This document shows positions 7,122-17,278 of a stretch of DNA of 64,000 nucleotides, piece after piece. The stretch comes from Candidatus Delongbacteria bacterium (lineage in GTDB: Bacteria > UBA4055), in assembly GCA_016938275.1 (NCBI GenBank), contig JAFGUZ010000165.1, positions 15,459 to 79,458 on the forward strand, in the 5' to 3' direction. The position numbers and the translations under genes are program-made. Position 1 is the stretch's first letter; the number at the start of each line of letters is the position of its first letter. The notes beneath the pieces are model-generated. The model did no database searches. It had not been told where the DNA came from and saw only the letters and a program-made list of their open reading frames with translations.

Positions 7122-9413
7122 CTAAATCTCCTGTCTGTCTCTCTTTGTTGCTAACTGAATCTCATTTAAAAGAATCTTACCTTCCAGAGGCTTATGTAAA
7201 ATTTTAGCAACACCCAACTCTTCAGCCTTTTTCATATCAAAAGAGCTTGTAAATCCTGTTATTATTATTACAGGAATATTATCACCTGCAGCTTGTATTA
7301 TATCAAGACCTGTATAATTTGGCATACTCATATCGGAAATAATAATATCATAAGATCTTACATTTCTCTTTACCTCATCAATAGCTTTTTTGCTATCTGT
7401 AAAACAGGTCACCTGATGACCTACCATCTCCAATAGTTCTGAAACATTCTCAACTATTTTCTTTTCATCGTCAACCAAAAGAATTCTCTTAGGTTCAATT
7501 ACTCCACTTTCAAGACTTGAAAAGTCTGAAATAGGTTTTATTGCAGCCTCTTCAGCTATAGGAAGATATATCTTAAAAGTTGTCCCTTTATCCTCTTCTG
7601 AAACAACTTCAATATGTCCATCATAAGATTTTACTATTCCATGAACCATCGACAATCCAAGACCTGTTCCATCTTTACCTTTTGTTGTAAAATATGGATC
7701 AAAAATTCTTGTTAGATTTTCTTTTGCGATACCTTTTCCATTATCTTCAATGGACAGTAGAACATAATTGCTTTTTTTGAGGATTAAATGAAGGTGACTG
7801 TTGAGATTATTCCAATTAACATCAACTAATGATATTGAAAGCTCCCCCTGAATATCCTTCATTGCATAAATTGAATTTGTACAGAGATTCATTACAATCT
7901 GTTGAATTTCAGAAGGATCAATATAGGCAATACTATTACTATCGATATTCCGCCTGATTATTATATTTTTTGGCAATGTTGATTTTAACAGTTTTATAGT
8001 CTCTTTTACATAGATAGAAATCTGACAGGAATTCATATTATTTTCATTTTTATGACTGAAAGTAAGAATTCTTTTAACCAGTTTTTTCATGCGGTCTGCA
8101 GCTTCATAAATATCTTGAATTTTGTTTCTTACTTTGCCCTCACCTAAAGTTCTAAGCAAAATATATGAGCTACCGTATATTATAGTTAAAATATTGTTTA
8201 TATCATGGGCAATTCCACCGGCCAACGTTCCAATAGCTTCCATTTTTTGAGAATGCTTCAATTGTTCTTCCAGTAAAGATTCCTTTGTTACATCTTTTTT
8301 TACTGCAACATAGTTAGATATTTCCTTATCAACATTAAAAAGAGGATAAATAATTGCGTCTTCCTTATAAATCATACCATCTTTTTTCTTATTGAATATC
8401 GTTCCTTTCCAAAAACTTCCAGCAGAAATGGTACTCCAAATATCAGCGTAAAATTCATGTGAATGTCTTCCACTCTTAGTAAGATTCGACTTTCTTCCAA
8501 CTACTTCATCTCTTTTAAACCCTGTAACATCAAGATATCTCTGATTTACATATTCAATAAACCCATTCTTATCGCAAATCATAACTGAGTGGAGTGAATT
8601 TTCAACTACTGACGCAAGCTTAGATATCTCACTTTGATCGTTAATGTTCTTTGTTATATCAAAGGCTATTCCACCAATCAAAGGTTGGTTATTTATTCTA
8701 TTTATCAAAAACTTTTGTATCTTTAGCCTTTTAATTTCCCCATCAAAAACAAGCTTTTTATCAAATTCAACAAAACCTTTTTCCAATACAATCTTATCTT
8801 CATTTGTCAATTCTTCAGCAAAACTCTTTTCAAATATTTCATCAGTATGCTTTCCAGCATACTCACTTAGCTTAAACAACTCTTTCATATTATTATTAAC
8901 AAAGAGGTATCTTGAGTCAACAGTCTTGATAAAAACTGAAACAGATACATAATTCATAAACTGTGTAAAGATTCTTTCTAGCAGCTCACCATCTCCATAT
9001 ATATCTTTCTTTAAATCCCTGAATTGAATCTCCAAAGATTTATCTCGTTTATATTTTTCTATCGATTTATTAATTATTGAATCGATTTCTTGCTGAGAAT
9101 CGTTAATGTCAATTACATCAGAAACCCCATTTCTATAAGCTTTGATAATTGTTTTATTGGAACAATTATTGGAAAATCCTAAAACAGGGAACTCAAAAGA
9201 TTTTTCATGAAAAAAAGTTTCTTCTGTATTCAAACTATCATCAGTTAGAGACAATATTACCAAATCAGGTTTAAAATTATCAATTAAATCAAATCCAGTT
9301 TTGTGATCCAAAGCTCTAATTACATTATAGCCCAAATTATTAAGACGTTGAGCAAGCTTCTTTGTTGAATCAAGCGATGGATCAATTATCACAATTTTTT
9401 TAACTCTACACAT
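7122..9413 (-). CDS. hybrid sensor histidine kinase: N-terminal receiver-like domain, PAS domains, HisKA/HATPase_c, C-terminal receiver
   Basis: HisKA H-box AHDINNILTII. HATPase N/G boxes (DNGKGIAKENL, GTGLGLSMV). C-terminal RILLVDDEKK...IISDMSMP receiver. The N-terminus IVIIDPSLD...DLVILSL is receiver-like. Confidence 0.8.
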   Translation of the reverse strand: MCRVKKIVIIDPSLDSTKKLAQRLNNLGYNVIRALDHKTGFDLIDNFKPDLVILSLTDDSLNTEETFFHEKSFEFPVLGFSNNCSNKTIIKAYRNGVSDVIDINDSQQEIDSIINKSIEKYKRDKSLEIQFRDLKKDIYGDGELLERIFTQFMNYVSVSVFIKTVDSRYLFVNNNMKELFKLSEYAGKHTDEIFEKSFAEELTNEDKIVLEKGFVEFDKKLVFDGEIKRLKIQKFLINRINNQPLIGGIAFDITKNINDQSEISKLASVVENSLHSVMICDKNGFIEYVNQRYLDVTGFKRDEVVGRKSNLTKSGRHSHEFYADIWSTISAGSFWKGTIFNKKKDGMIYKEDAIIYPLFNVDKEISNYVAVKKDVTKESLLEEQLKHSQKMEAIGTLAGGIAHDINNILTIIYGSSYILLRTLGEGKVRNKIQDIYEAADRMKKLVKRILTFSHKNENNMNSCQISIYVKETIKLLKSTLPKNIIIRRNIDSNSIAYIDPSEIQQIVMNLCTNSIYAMKDIQGELSISLVDVNWNNLNSHLHLILKKSNYVLLSIEDNGKGIAKENLTRIFDPYFTTKGKDGTGLGLSMVHGIVKSYDGHIEVVSEEDKGTTFKIYLPIAEEAAIKPISDFSSLESGVIEPKRILLVDDEKKIVENVSELLEMVGHQVTCFTDSKKAIDEVKRNVRSYDIIISDMSMPNYTGLDIIQAAGDNIPVIIITGFTSSFDMKKAEELGVAKILHKPLEGKILLNEIQLATKRDRQEI

Positions 9414-9543
9414 ATAAGCAATTATCCAGTATATTCACCTTAAAATAAAAAATTAAAGTTAATAAAACAATCCAATTATTATTTTAATTTTTGAAATGTA
9501 ACTAAGAAAACCTTTTTGAATTGAATTTAAAGAATGTAATAAC

Positions 9544-9570
9544 TTGACTTCTTTGTATCTTAAATATAAT
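9544..9570 (+). promoter_or_regulatory. sigma70-like promoter (TTGACT, 15-nt spacer, TATAAT) upstream of the SGNH hydrolase gene
   Basis: Good -35 and perfect -10 hexamers, but the spacer is slightly short. It lies ~30 nt upstream of the AGGTG RBS and ATG at 9598. Confidence 0.3.
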
Positions 9571-9597
9571 TTTTGTTTCTAACAATTTAGGTGTTCA

Positions 9598-10644
9598 ATG
9601 GGAAAAAAATTGAAAATTGCTATATACGTATTATTATCTATAATTATCAATCTCATTTTTTGGAATTTTATAATAGAGAGGTTTATATATTTGAGTGAAG
9701 AAGCCCATCTAGATAATAAAATTGGCAGGAGAGGAAAAAGTCACAAGAAAATAGTTTTTGGTTTAGAAGGATTTTCAAGTATTAAACTGGATTCGCTAGG
9801 ATTTAACAATAATGACTATAAAATCGAAAAAGATGAAAATAAAAAAAGAATCCTCCTGCTCGGAGATTCATTTACTGAAGCATATCAAGTTCAAAGAGAA
9901 GATAATTACTGTTCAATATTAGGCAATCATCTAGAAGATAAATATGAAGTTATCAATCTTGGCATCAGTGGAGCAACCATGGCATATCACCTTTTTGCTT
10001 CAAAATACATTTCAGAATACTTACAGCCGGATTTAGTTTTTATTCAAGTAGACACTCTTCAAGATTTTTTACTTGATAACTTTTTACAATCAAATTGGTT
10101 GTATGTAGAAAAAAACAATTCATCATTTACAATTAAAAAAAATTATGACAGAAATAGTAAAAGTGTCAGAATAAAAAATAAGCTATATTCTTTTTCAGGA
10201 ATTACTGGTTATTTTGTAATTCGATTAAGAGAATTTGCAAATACTTTATGTAAAAAAGTTGACAATGAAAATCAAACTGTTCAATTGGATTATGATTTCC
10301 TGCAAGAATATATTGATTGGGAATTAAATGAGATCAAATCAAACTATACCAATTTAGTTGTACTTGATTTTTCAGGTTTAGCTTCGATTGGAAACAATCG
10401 TTTTATCGTACATGAGAGTGACAATAACTCTAAAAAACTGGATAGTCTTGTTATTAATAGTTTGTATAAAAATGATATAAAAATTCTTTCAGTAGATGAA
10501 GAGTTTAACTTATACCAAGAACAACATAAGATAGCATTGTTAGGCTTCAATAATAAGATAATCGGATATGGGCATTTGAATGAACAAGGCCATAAGTTAG
10601 TTGCAGACATTATGATGCAATATATAAATAATTTAAATTTTTAG
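9598..10644 (+). CDS. membrane-anchored SGNH/GDSL-family hydrolase (AlgJ/PatB-like O-acetyltransferase partner)
   Basis: N-terminal TM helix. GDSF block in LLLGDSFTEAY. C-terminal GHLNEQGH block. It sits directly upstream of an MBOAT gene. Confidence 0.6.
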   Translation: MGKKLKIAIYVLLSIIINLIFWNFIIERFIYLSEEAHLDNKIGRRGKSHKKIVFGLEGFSSIKLDSLGFNNNDYKIEKDENKKRILLLGDSFTEAYQVQREDNYCSILGNHLEDKYEVINLGISGATMAYHLFASKYISEYLQPDLVFIQVDTLQDFLLDNFLQSNWLYVEKNNSSFTIKKNYDRNSKSVRIKNKLYSFSGITGYFVIRLREFANTLCKKVDNENQTVQLDYDFLQEYIDWELNEIKSNYTNLVVLDFSGLASIGNNRFIVHESDNNSKKLDSLVINSLYKNDIKILSVDEEFNLYQEQHKIALLGFNNKIIGYGHLNEQGHKLVADIMMQYINNLNF

Positions 10645-10656
10645 TAAGGATAATTA

Positions 10657-12054
10657 ATGGTTTTTTCCAGTTTTACTTTTCTTTTATTTTTTTTTATCGT
10701 ATATCTACTTCTTCTAATATTCAAAAAAAGTCATAAAATCGAAAAAATTATATTATTATCTTCGAGCTACTTTTTTTACGGTTATTGGGATTATAGATTT
10801 TTATCTCTTATTTTTTTTTCAACCATTGTAGATTATTATATTGGTAGAAAAATCTTTCAAACAAAAAACATATTTTCTAAAAAGAAGTTACTTTTTACTA
10901 GTATGTTTGCCAATCTTGGTCTACTCTTTTTCTTTAAGTATTTTAATTTCTTTATCGATTCATTTAATTCATCATTTTCATTTTCAGGAATTGAATTTGA
11001 AACATTGAATATTATTCTTCCTGTAGGAATTTCATTCTACACTTTTCAGACAATGAGCTATACGTTAGACATTTATAGAGGAAAATTGAAGCCTGCTAAT
11101 AGCTTAATGGATTTTAGTATCTTTGTAGCTTTCTTTCCACAACTTGTTGCTGGTCCAATTGTTAGAGCAATTGATTTCATACCACAATTAGAAAAAAAAA
11201 TTGAGTTAAATAAAACAAATTTAAATTTAGGATTTCAAATTTTTTTGAATGGTTTCTTTAAAAAACTTTTTATTGCAGATACTCTATCGGTTTATGTCGA
11301 TCACGTTTTTGCAAACCCTTCAGTTTTCGATAGTCTAACTATTTGGTTTGGTGTTATTGCATACGCTGTGCAGATCTTTTGTGATTTCAGTGGATACTCA
11401 GATATGGCTATTGGAATTGCTAAAATATTTGGCTTTAACTTGCCAGAAAATTTTAGAGCACCATATTTAGCTAAAAACATCACTGAATTCTGGCATAGAT
11501 GGCATATATCTCTATCTACGTGGCTGAAAGATTATCTTTACATCTCTCTCGGTGGTAACAGGAAAGGAAAAATCAGGACTTATATAAACTTAATGTTGAC
11601 AATGGTCCTTGGTGGATTATGGCATGGAGCAAGTTGGAATTTTGTTATATGGGGAACGCTCCATGGTCTGGGATTAGTAGTGCATAAACTTTTATTGAGT
11701 AAACTGCTCGGTTTGAATAATCTTTTTTTTAGTGTGATATCATGGATATTTAATATGATTTTTATTTTGATTTGCTGGGTATTCTTCAGAGCTGAAAACA
11801 CTGATTTTGCTATGATAATGATAAGAAAAATGTTCACAATTTCTGAAGGAGCATCTTTTCTTTATACAAAATTTTTAATTTTTTTCCCTTTTATAATATT
11901 GACACATATATTTGCAAAGTATGGATATGATAGGAAATATTATACTGTAGATTTAACATCTCTTAGAGGGATTTTTGTTATAGTTACTATTATATTTATC
12001 TTTATTCTATTCAGTCCTCTTGATACCTCTCCTTTTATTTATTTTCAATTTTAA
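10657..12054 (+). CDS. MBOAT-family membrane-bound O-acyltransferase (AlgI/DltB/PatA-like)
   Basis: Polytopic protein with FPQLVAGPIVRA, WHRWHISLSTWLKDYLY and GGLWHGASWNF motifs including the conserved His. Confidence 0.85.
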   Translation: MVFSSFTFLLFFFIVYLLLLIFKKSHKIEKIILLSSSYFFYGYWDYRFLSLIFFSTIVDYYIGRKIFQTKNIFSKKKLLFTSMFANLGLLFFFKYFNFFIDSFNSSFSFSGIEFETLNIILPVGISFYTFQTMSYTLDIYRGKLKPANSLMDFSIFVAFFPQLVAGPIVRAIDFIPQLEKKIELNKTNLNLGFQIFLNGFFKKLFIADTLSVYVDHVFANPSVFDSLTIWFGVIAYAVQIFCDFSGYSDMAIGIAKIFGFNLPENFRAPYLAKNITEFWHRWHISLSTWLKDYLYISLGGNRKGKIRTYINLMLTMVLGGLWHGASWNFVIWGTLHGLGLVVHKLLLSKLLGLNNLFFSVISWIFNMIFILICWVFFRAENTDFAMIMIRKMFTISEGASFLYTKFLIFFPFIILTHIFAKYGYDRKYYTVDLTSLRGIFVIVTIIFIFILFSPLDTSPFIYFQF

Positions 12055-12138
12055 GTAAATGGAATAACTTATTACGTGAAAGAATTAGTTTTGTATAATT
12101 ACTGCTTATAATAAAAAGTTCAAAATAGTGATAAAAAA

Positions 12139-12159
12139 AAGGGTGGAATATCCACCCTT
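12139..12159 (-). terminator. rho-independent terminator (AAGGGTGGA-ata-TCCACCCTT followed by U9 on the minus strand)
   Basis: 9-bp perfect stem immediately after the stop of the 12184-13809 gene, with a long T-run on the minus strand. Confidence 0.7.
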
Positions 12160-12183
12160 CAAAGTAATAGAATCGTAATTTTA

Positions 12184-13809
12184 CTAATCCATAAATGGAT
12201 ATTTATAACATGTAGGAGTAACAAATGTTTCCTTAATTGTTCTTGGGGAAACCCATCTCATCAGATTTAGATGCGAACCTGCTTTGTCATTTGTTCCTGA
12301 AGCTCTTGCACCACCAAATGGCTGCTGACCAACAACTGCACCAGTTGGTTTATCATTTATGTAGAAGTTTCCTGCTGCATTTTCTAATTTGTTAATCGCA
12401 AATCTTGCAGCATATCTATCTTTTGCAAATATAGAACCTGTCAAAGCATAAATTGAAGTAGTATCACAAAGTTCTAATGTTTCTTCATATTTTTCATCTT
12501 CATAAACATAAATTGTAAGTACCGGACCAAAAAGCTCTGTTTCCATAGTCACATATTTTGGATCTTTTGCCAAGATAACTGTAGGCTCGATGAAATAACC
12601 AACACTATCATCACAGTTTCCACCAAAGATAACTTCAGCATTTTCATCATTTTTAGCATTATCAATATAGCCTTTAAGATCACTGTAAGAATTTTTATCA
12701 ATTACGGCAGAAACAAAATTTTTGAAATCTCTTACGCAGCCCATTTTGACATCACTTAGCATTTTACCCATAGTTTCTTTAATTTCAGGCCATAAAGAAT
12801 TTGGAATGTAAGCTCTAGAACAAGCTGAGCACTTTTGACCTTGATACTCAAAAGCACCCCTTACAAGAGCTGTAGCAACTTCTATAGGATCAGCAGATTT
12901 GTGAGTAAAAATAAAATCTTTTCCACCTGTCTCACCTACAATTCTTGGATAAGATTTATATTTAGCGATATTTTCACCAACAGTTTTCCACATTTGATGA
13001 AACACACCTGTAGATCCTGTAAAATGAATACCACCAAGATCTTTATGAGCCATAACAATTCTTCCAACCTGTGATCCTCTACCTGGAATGAAATTGATGA
13101 CACCATCTGGGAATCCAGCTTCTTTGAAAATTTTCATTAAATAATAACCAGATAGAACAGAAGTTGAAGCAGGTTTCCAAACTACAGTATTACCCATTAG
13201 AGCAGCACTACTTGGAAGATTTCCTGCTATCGCTGTAAAATTAAATGGTGTAACAGCAAATACGAAACCTTCAAGAGGTCTGTACTCTAATCTATTGTAA
13301 ACACCTTCGGAAGATTCAGGTTGTTGTTTATAAATATCTTCCATGTATTTAACATTAAATCTAAGGAAATCAATTATTTCACATGCTGAATCAATTTCTG
13401 CCTGATAAGCGGTTTTACCTTGATTTAACATTGTAGCAGCATTCATCAAATATCTGTATTTTTTAGAAATCAATTCAGCTGCTTTGAGAGCAATACTAGC
13501 TCTATCTTCCATTGGTAGAGCTGCCCACTCTTTTTTGGCTTGCATTGAAGCTTCAATTGCCATATTTATCTCTTTTTCACCTGCCTGATGATAAGTTGCT
13601 AAAACATGACCGTGTTCGGAAGGCATCACTGCAGTATCAGTATTACCAGTATAAATTTCTTTTCCTCCAATGATTACTGGAATCTCAATAGTTTGGTTGT
13701 ATTGTCTCTCCAGCTCTTTTTCAAGAAGCTCTCTCTCTTTAGTTCCCGGAGCATAAGAATATATTGGTTCATTTACCGGTTTAGGAAATGTAAAAATTGC
13801 AGTACTCAT
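12184..13809 (-). CDS. L-glutamate gamma-semialdehyde (delta-1-pyrroline-5-carboxylate) dehydrogenase, ALDH superfamily
   Basis: 541 aa. Catalytic Cys in EYQGQKCSACSR. The ETGGKDF glutamate motif and overall P5CDH (RocA/PruA)-like sequence. Confidence 0.8.
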   Translation of the reverse strand: MSTAIFTFPKPVNEPIYSYAPGTKERELLEKELERQYNQTIEIPVIIGGKEIYTGNTDTAVMPSEHGHVLATYHQAGEKEINMAIEASMQAKKEWAALPMEDRASIALKAAELISKKYRYLMNAATMLNQGKTAYQAEIDSACEIIDFLRFNVKYMEDIYKQQPESSEGVYNRLEYRPLEGFVFAVTPFNFTAIAGNLPSSAALMGNTVVWKPASTSVLSGYYLMKIFKEAGFPDGVINFIPGRGSQVGRIVMAHKDLGGIHFTGSTGVFHQMWKTVGENIAKYKSYPRIVGETGGKDFIFTHKSADPIEVATALVRGAFEYQGQKCSACSRAYIPNSLWPEIKETMGKMLSDVKMGCVRDFKNFVSAVIDKNSYSDLKGYIDNAKNDENAEVIFGGNCDDSVGYFIEPTVILAKDPKYVTMETELFGPVLTIYVYEDEKYEETLELCDTTSIYALTGSIFAKDRYAARFAINKLENAAGNFYINDKPTGAVVGQQPFGGARASGTNDKAGSHLNLMRWVSPRTIKETFVTPTCYKYPFMD

Positions 13810-14025
13810 GATTTACCTTTCTTTTCATTTTAATGTTAAGTTATTACACACTATCGAATTAATCAAATTAATATATTTCATTGATTTAATGAATCGTATT
13901 CATAATTAAAAATATAAAACAGTTCAACTTCATTTAATAATGCCTAAACTATCAAAATATTAAACATTTTACTAAAAAAGTTTTATATTCAAACAAATCT
14001 AGAACAAAGTAAGAGTTATGTAAGT

Positions 14026-14640
14026 ATGATTATCAAATTGTATGAAGAGAATCCGAGACAGAAGGAGATTGATAGCATAGTTAAGATTCTAAACAATGGA
14101 GGAGTAATTATATACCCTACAGACACAGGATATAGTCTTGGTTGTGATGTTACAAACAAGAAAGCTATGGAAAAACTACTTCTAATAAAAAACTCAAAGA
14201 GAAAGGAAGACCTTAGTTTTATTTGCAGTGATCTAAAACATATCAGCGAGTTTGCTAATATTTCCAATGACAACTATAAAATATTAAGGAAATATTTACC
14301 TGGTGGCTATACTTTCATATTAGAAGCTTCCAATCAAATCGCAAAGTTAGTAAGCAGAGGGAAGAAAACTGTTGGGATCAGAATTCCAGATAATAACATA
14401 GCTATCTCTATTGTTCGATTTCTGGGAAGACCTATCATAACTACAAGTATCAACAGTGATGATATTAGTGAAGTTTTAGCTGACCCGGAAATAATCGAAG
14501 AGATCTATGGAAAACAGGTTGATTGCGTCATAGATGGAGGTTATATCTATCCAGAGCTTTCTACAGTTTTAGACATCAGTAATGAAGAGGTTGAAATCAT
14601 TAGAGAGGGAAAAGGATCAATTGATTGGTTGTTAAACTAA
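14026..14640 (+). CDS. tsaC: L-threonylcarbamoyladenylate synthase (YrdC/TsaC family)
   Basis: YPTDTGYSLGCD and GIRIPDNNIA motifs; ~200 aa. Confidence 0.8.
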   Translation: MIIKLYEENPRQKEIDSIVKILNNGGVIIYPTDTGYSLGCDVTNKKAMEKLLLIKNSKRKEDLSFICSDLKHISEFANISNDNYKILRKYLPGGYTFILEASNQIAKLVSRGKKTVGIRIPDNNIAISIVRFLGRPIITTSINSDDISEVLADPEIIEEIYGKQVDCVIDGGYIYPELSTVLDISNEEVEIIREGKGSIDWLLN

Positions 14641-14653
14641 AAAAGAGAGATAT

Positions 14654-15607
14654 ATGAAAAAAACAATAATCTTACTTTTAACTTTTATTCTGACACTTTT
14701 CGGTAGTGGAAAATATGCTGGTGAATTTATAACAGGTTCTATTGATGCTAGAAGTTTAGCTTTGGGAAACAATATCCTTACATCTTTTTCTACTGCCTCA
14801 TCCGCCTACTTCAATCCTGCATTTCTACCAGAAATGACGAAAAGCAGTATTACTTTAAATCACAGTGAAAGATTTGACGGTTGGGTCAATCAGGAATACG
14901 CTGCATATACATCAAAAATGAATGATCTTTCTTTTGGTTTATATGTTATTCGTTTGGGAGTTGACGATGTTCCTGTAACTGCTATCAATGATGACGAAAA
15001 CGACCCATCTCTTGATAATAGACCCTATATAGTAAAAGAAGTGAGTGACAACGAAATAGCAGTGGGTCTCTCCTTAGGTAAAAGATATAACGAAGTTTTG
15101 AATTATGGAGTTTCTGCTAAAATTCTATATAAAGGTTTTGAGGAGGAATCAGCCTTTGGACTTGGCTTTGATCTGTCTATGCTTTATAAAATGAATGACG
15201 ATCTTAATTTTGCAGCAAAACTACAAGATGTAACTACATCAGGATTATTTTGGACAACGGGAGAGAACGAGTTTATTAAACCTTCTCTTTATGGTGGAGC
15301 AGAATACAATTTCTTTTGGGAATATCTTGATTCAAGCATTAAGCTTATTTCTGGTATGCGCGTTGGATCTGAAGGATACAATGAAAATGCTGCAATTTCT
15401 TTTTCAGAATTTGATGTAACTTTCAATGGTGGTGCAGAACTATTATTAAATGAATTCATCACATTAAGAGGTGGTTCTGAAATGGAAAGATGGTCTGTGG
15501 GAGCTGGTATAAATTTATACGGTGTCAGTTTAGATTATGCTTTCAAACCTGATGATGAACTTGGAGATACTCATAAAGCATCCATTAGTTATGGATGGGG
15601 AGACTAA
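14654..15607 (+). CDS. secreted outer-membrane beta-barrel protein (FadL/PorV/PorQ-like)
   Basis: Signal peptide. ARSLALGNN...AYFNPAFL N-terminal motif typical of the FadL/PorV superfamily. Alternating amphipathic beta-strands. Confidence 0.35.
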   Translation: MKKTIILLLTFILTLFGSGKYAGEFITGSIDARSLALGNNILTSFSTASSAYFNPAFLPEMTKSSITLNHSERFDGWVNQEYAAYTSKMNDLSFGLYVIRLGVDDVPVTAINDDENDPSLDNRPYIVKEVSDNEIAVGLSLGKRYNEVLNYGVSAKILYKGFEEESAFGLGFDLSMLYKMNDDLNFAAKLQDVTTSGLFWTTGENEFIKPSLYGGAEYNFFWEYLDSSIKLISGMRVGSEGYNENAAISFSEFDVTFNGGAELLLNEFITLRGGSEMERWSVGAGINLYGVSLDYAFKPDDELGDTHKASISYGWGD

Positions 15608-16045
15608 ATGGAAAAGGGATACGTCCTAAAAGCTGATGATAATTTTGCTGAAATTACAATAAATCTTAACAGTGGTTGTAGTGCATGTGCAAACAAAGGC
15701 GTGTGCATGGTTGGAGACAAACCGATTAATTTGAAAGTAAAAAATAAAATTGGAATGAAAAAAGGAGATCTTGTCCTTTTTGAAATCTCTTCTTCAAATA
15801 GAATAATGTTAAGTTTTTTAGTTTTCATTCTACCTTTAATCAATCTATTTGTGGGTTATTATTTAGGAGTAAAGTTTTATGAAACCGAAATCTCAGGAAT
15901 AATTGGAGCATCAATAGGTTTAATTGCCGGTGGAACAGAATTAGTTGTACTAAACAAAATCTTAAAAGACAGTGATAGGGTCACTCCACAAAATATCAGA
16001 GTTGTAAATCAAGAGGAATATGATAATTTTTCATGCTCTATCTAA
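15608..16045 (+). CDS. RseC/MucC-family (SoxR-reducing-system) Cys-rich membrane protein
   Basis: N-terminal CSACANKGVC cysteine cluster followed by two TM helices. The start abuts the upstream stop; RBS is GGGGAG. Confidence 0.6.
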   Translation: MEKGYVLKADDNFAEITINLNSGCSACANKGVCMVGDKPINLKVKNKIGMKKGDLVLFEISSSNRIMLSFLVFILPLINLFVGYYLGVKFYETEISGIIGASIGLIAGGTELVVLNKILKDSDRVTPQNIRVVNQEEYDNFSCSI

Positions 16046-16839
16046 AAACAATATTTTACTTAAGTAGACCTATAAATATTATTATAACATTATTTGTTGT
16101 TTATATAAGCTCCCGAATTGGATTACCGATTCGGGATTCTTTTTTACTTTTAGCTATATATTTAAACATTGTTCTTACACTGGCAGCAGGTAATCTCATA
16201 AATGATTTTTACGATTTTGAGCTTGATAACAGATCTTTGCAAAGTAAGACTCTAAGGCTGGGAATATATGATAAATCTGTGATTCTTATCTCTTACATTT
16301 TACTACAAATGATAAATATATTTTTATTTATTTTTGAAGATTTAAATAGAATAATAATTTTAATTTTGGTCAATATAATTCTATTTTTATACAGTCGAAA
16401 CATTACAAAATTATGGTATTTGAAAAATTTTATAGTTTCATCCTTAACGGCTTATGTAATATTCTTTGTTGCTTCTGTTTTAAATTCGAAGTCTCTCTTT
16501 TTAATGTCCACTGCCTTCTGTTTAAATTTCGCCAGAGAAATTGTAAAAGATTTTGAAGATTTAGATAATGATCGAAGTAATGGAAGATTTACAATGGCAG
16601 CAAAATTTCCAGTAAAGTCTCGATACCTAACAATTGTCTACTTAATTTTAAACCTTGTAATATCAATAATTTATTTCGAAAAACATGGCATGCCTTTTCT
16701 GTTTTCATCTATAATTTTCATATTAACTTCTATTACAATTTCAATGATCATAAAAACCGAGAAATGGAATAGAATAAGTCTTTTAATTAAAATCACTATT
16801 GCTACAGGTTTATTACTATTTTGGCTGACAATTAAATAA
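16033..16839 (+). CDS. UbiA-family aromatic/isoprenoid prenyltransferase (polytopic membrane protein)
   Basis: NDFYDFELD (NDxxDxxxD) and DFEDLDND second Asp-rich motif; ~8 TM segments. The start overlaps the upstream ORF by 13 nt. Confidence 0.65.
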   Translation: MLYLKTIFYLSRPINIIITLFVVYISSRIGLPIRDSFLLLAIYLNIVLTLAAGNLINDFYDFELDNRSLQSKTLRLGIYDKSVILISYILLQMINIFLFIFEDLNRIIILILVNIILFLYSRNITKLWYLKNFIVSSLTAYVIFFVASVLNSKSLFLMSTAFCLNFAREIVKDFEDLDNDRSNGRFTMAAKFPVKSRYLTIVYLILNLVISIIYFEKHGMPFLFSSIIFILTSITISMIIKTEKWNRISLLIKITIATGLLLFWLTIK

Positions 16840-17278
16840 TTTTATCATGAAACCTCGCTGCTATTCTAGCAAAAATCGCTTTAAAAAAAATCCACTGACT
16901 ACAAAAAATTACATAAAAATAAAATATACCCATCAGATTTGAAGGTATGTAGTATTGTGTAAAAATAAGTTCGGAATAATCGGACAATTTATTAGACTTT
17001 ATCTCAAGCTTTGACTTATAAAGTTTTGAATCAGATGATAGCATAATACAATTTTTCTTGAAAAAAAGTATCTTATAGAAACCTGCTTTATCTTTTTTGA
17101 AATCCACCTCAAATTTTCTATGTTTAAGGTACTTCCCCGTGAAAAGAAAAGAACGAAATCCTAATAAAAACTGGAGATATTTTTCTGGCACATTTAGAAA
17201 CTCCTCTTCAGCAACTTTAAAAAGGAGTTCATCATTTACAGTTTCATAGACTTTTCTATATTTTAAGACTTTAATCAC
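16832..17278 (-). CDS. hypothetical protein (148 aa, Lys/Phe-rich), last gene of the nfo-omp85 operon
   Basis: The ORF start overlaps the stop of the upstream Omp85 gene. No recognisable domain. Confidence 0.4.
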   Translation of the reverse strand: MIKVLKYRKVYETVNDELLFKVAEEEFLNVPEKYLQFLLGFRSFLFTGKYLKHRKFEVDFKKDKAGFYKILFFKKNCIMLSSDSKLYKSKLEIKSNKLSDYSELIFTQYYIPSNLMGIFYFYVIFCSQWIFFKAIFARIAARFHDKII

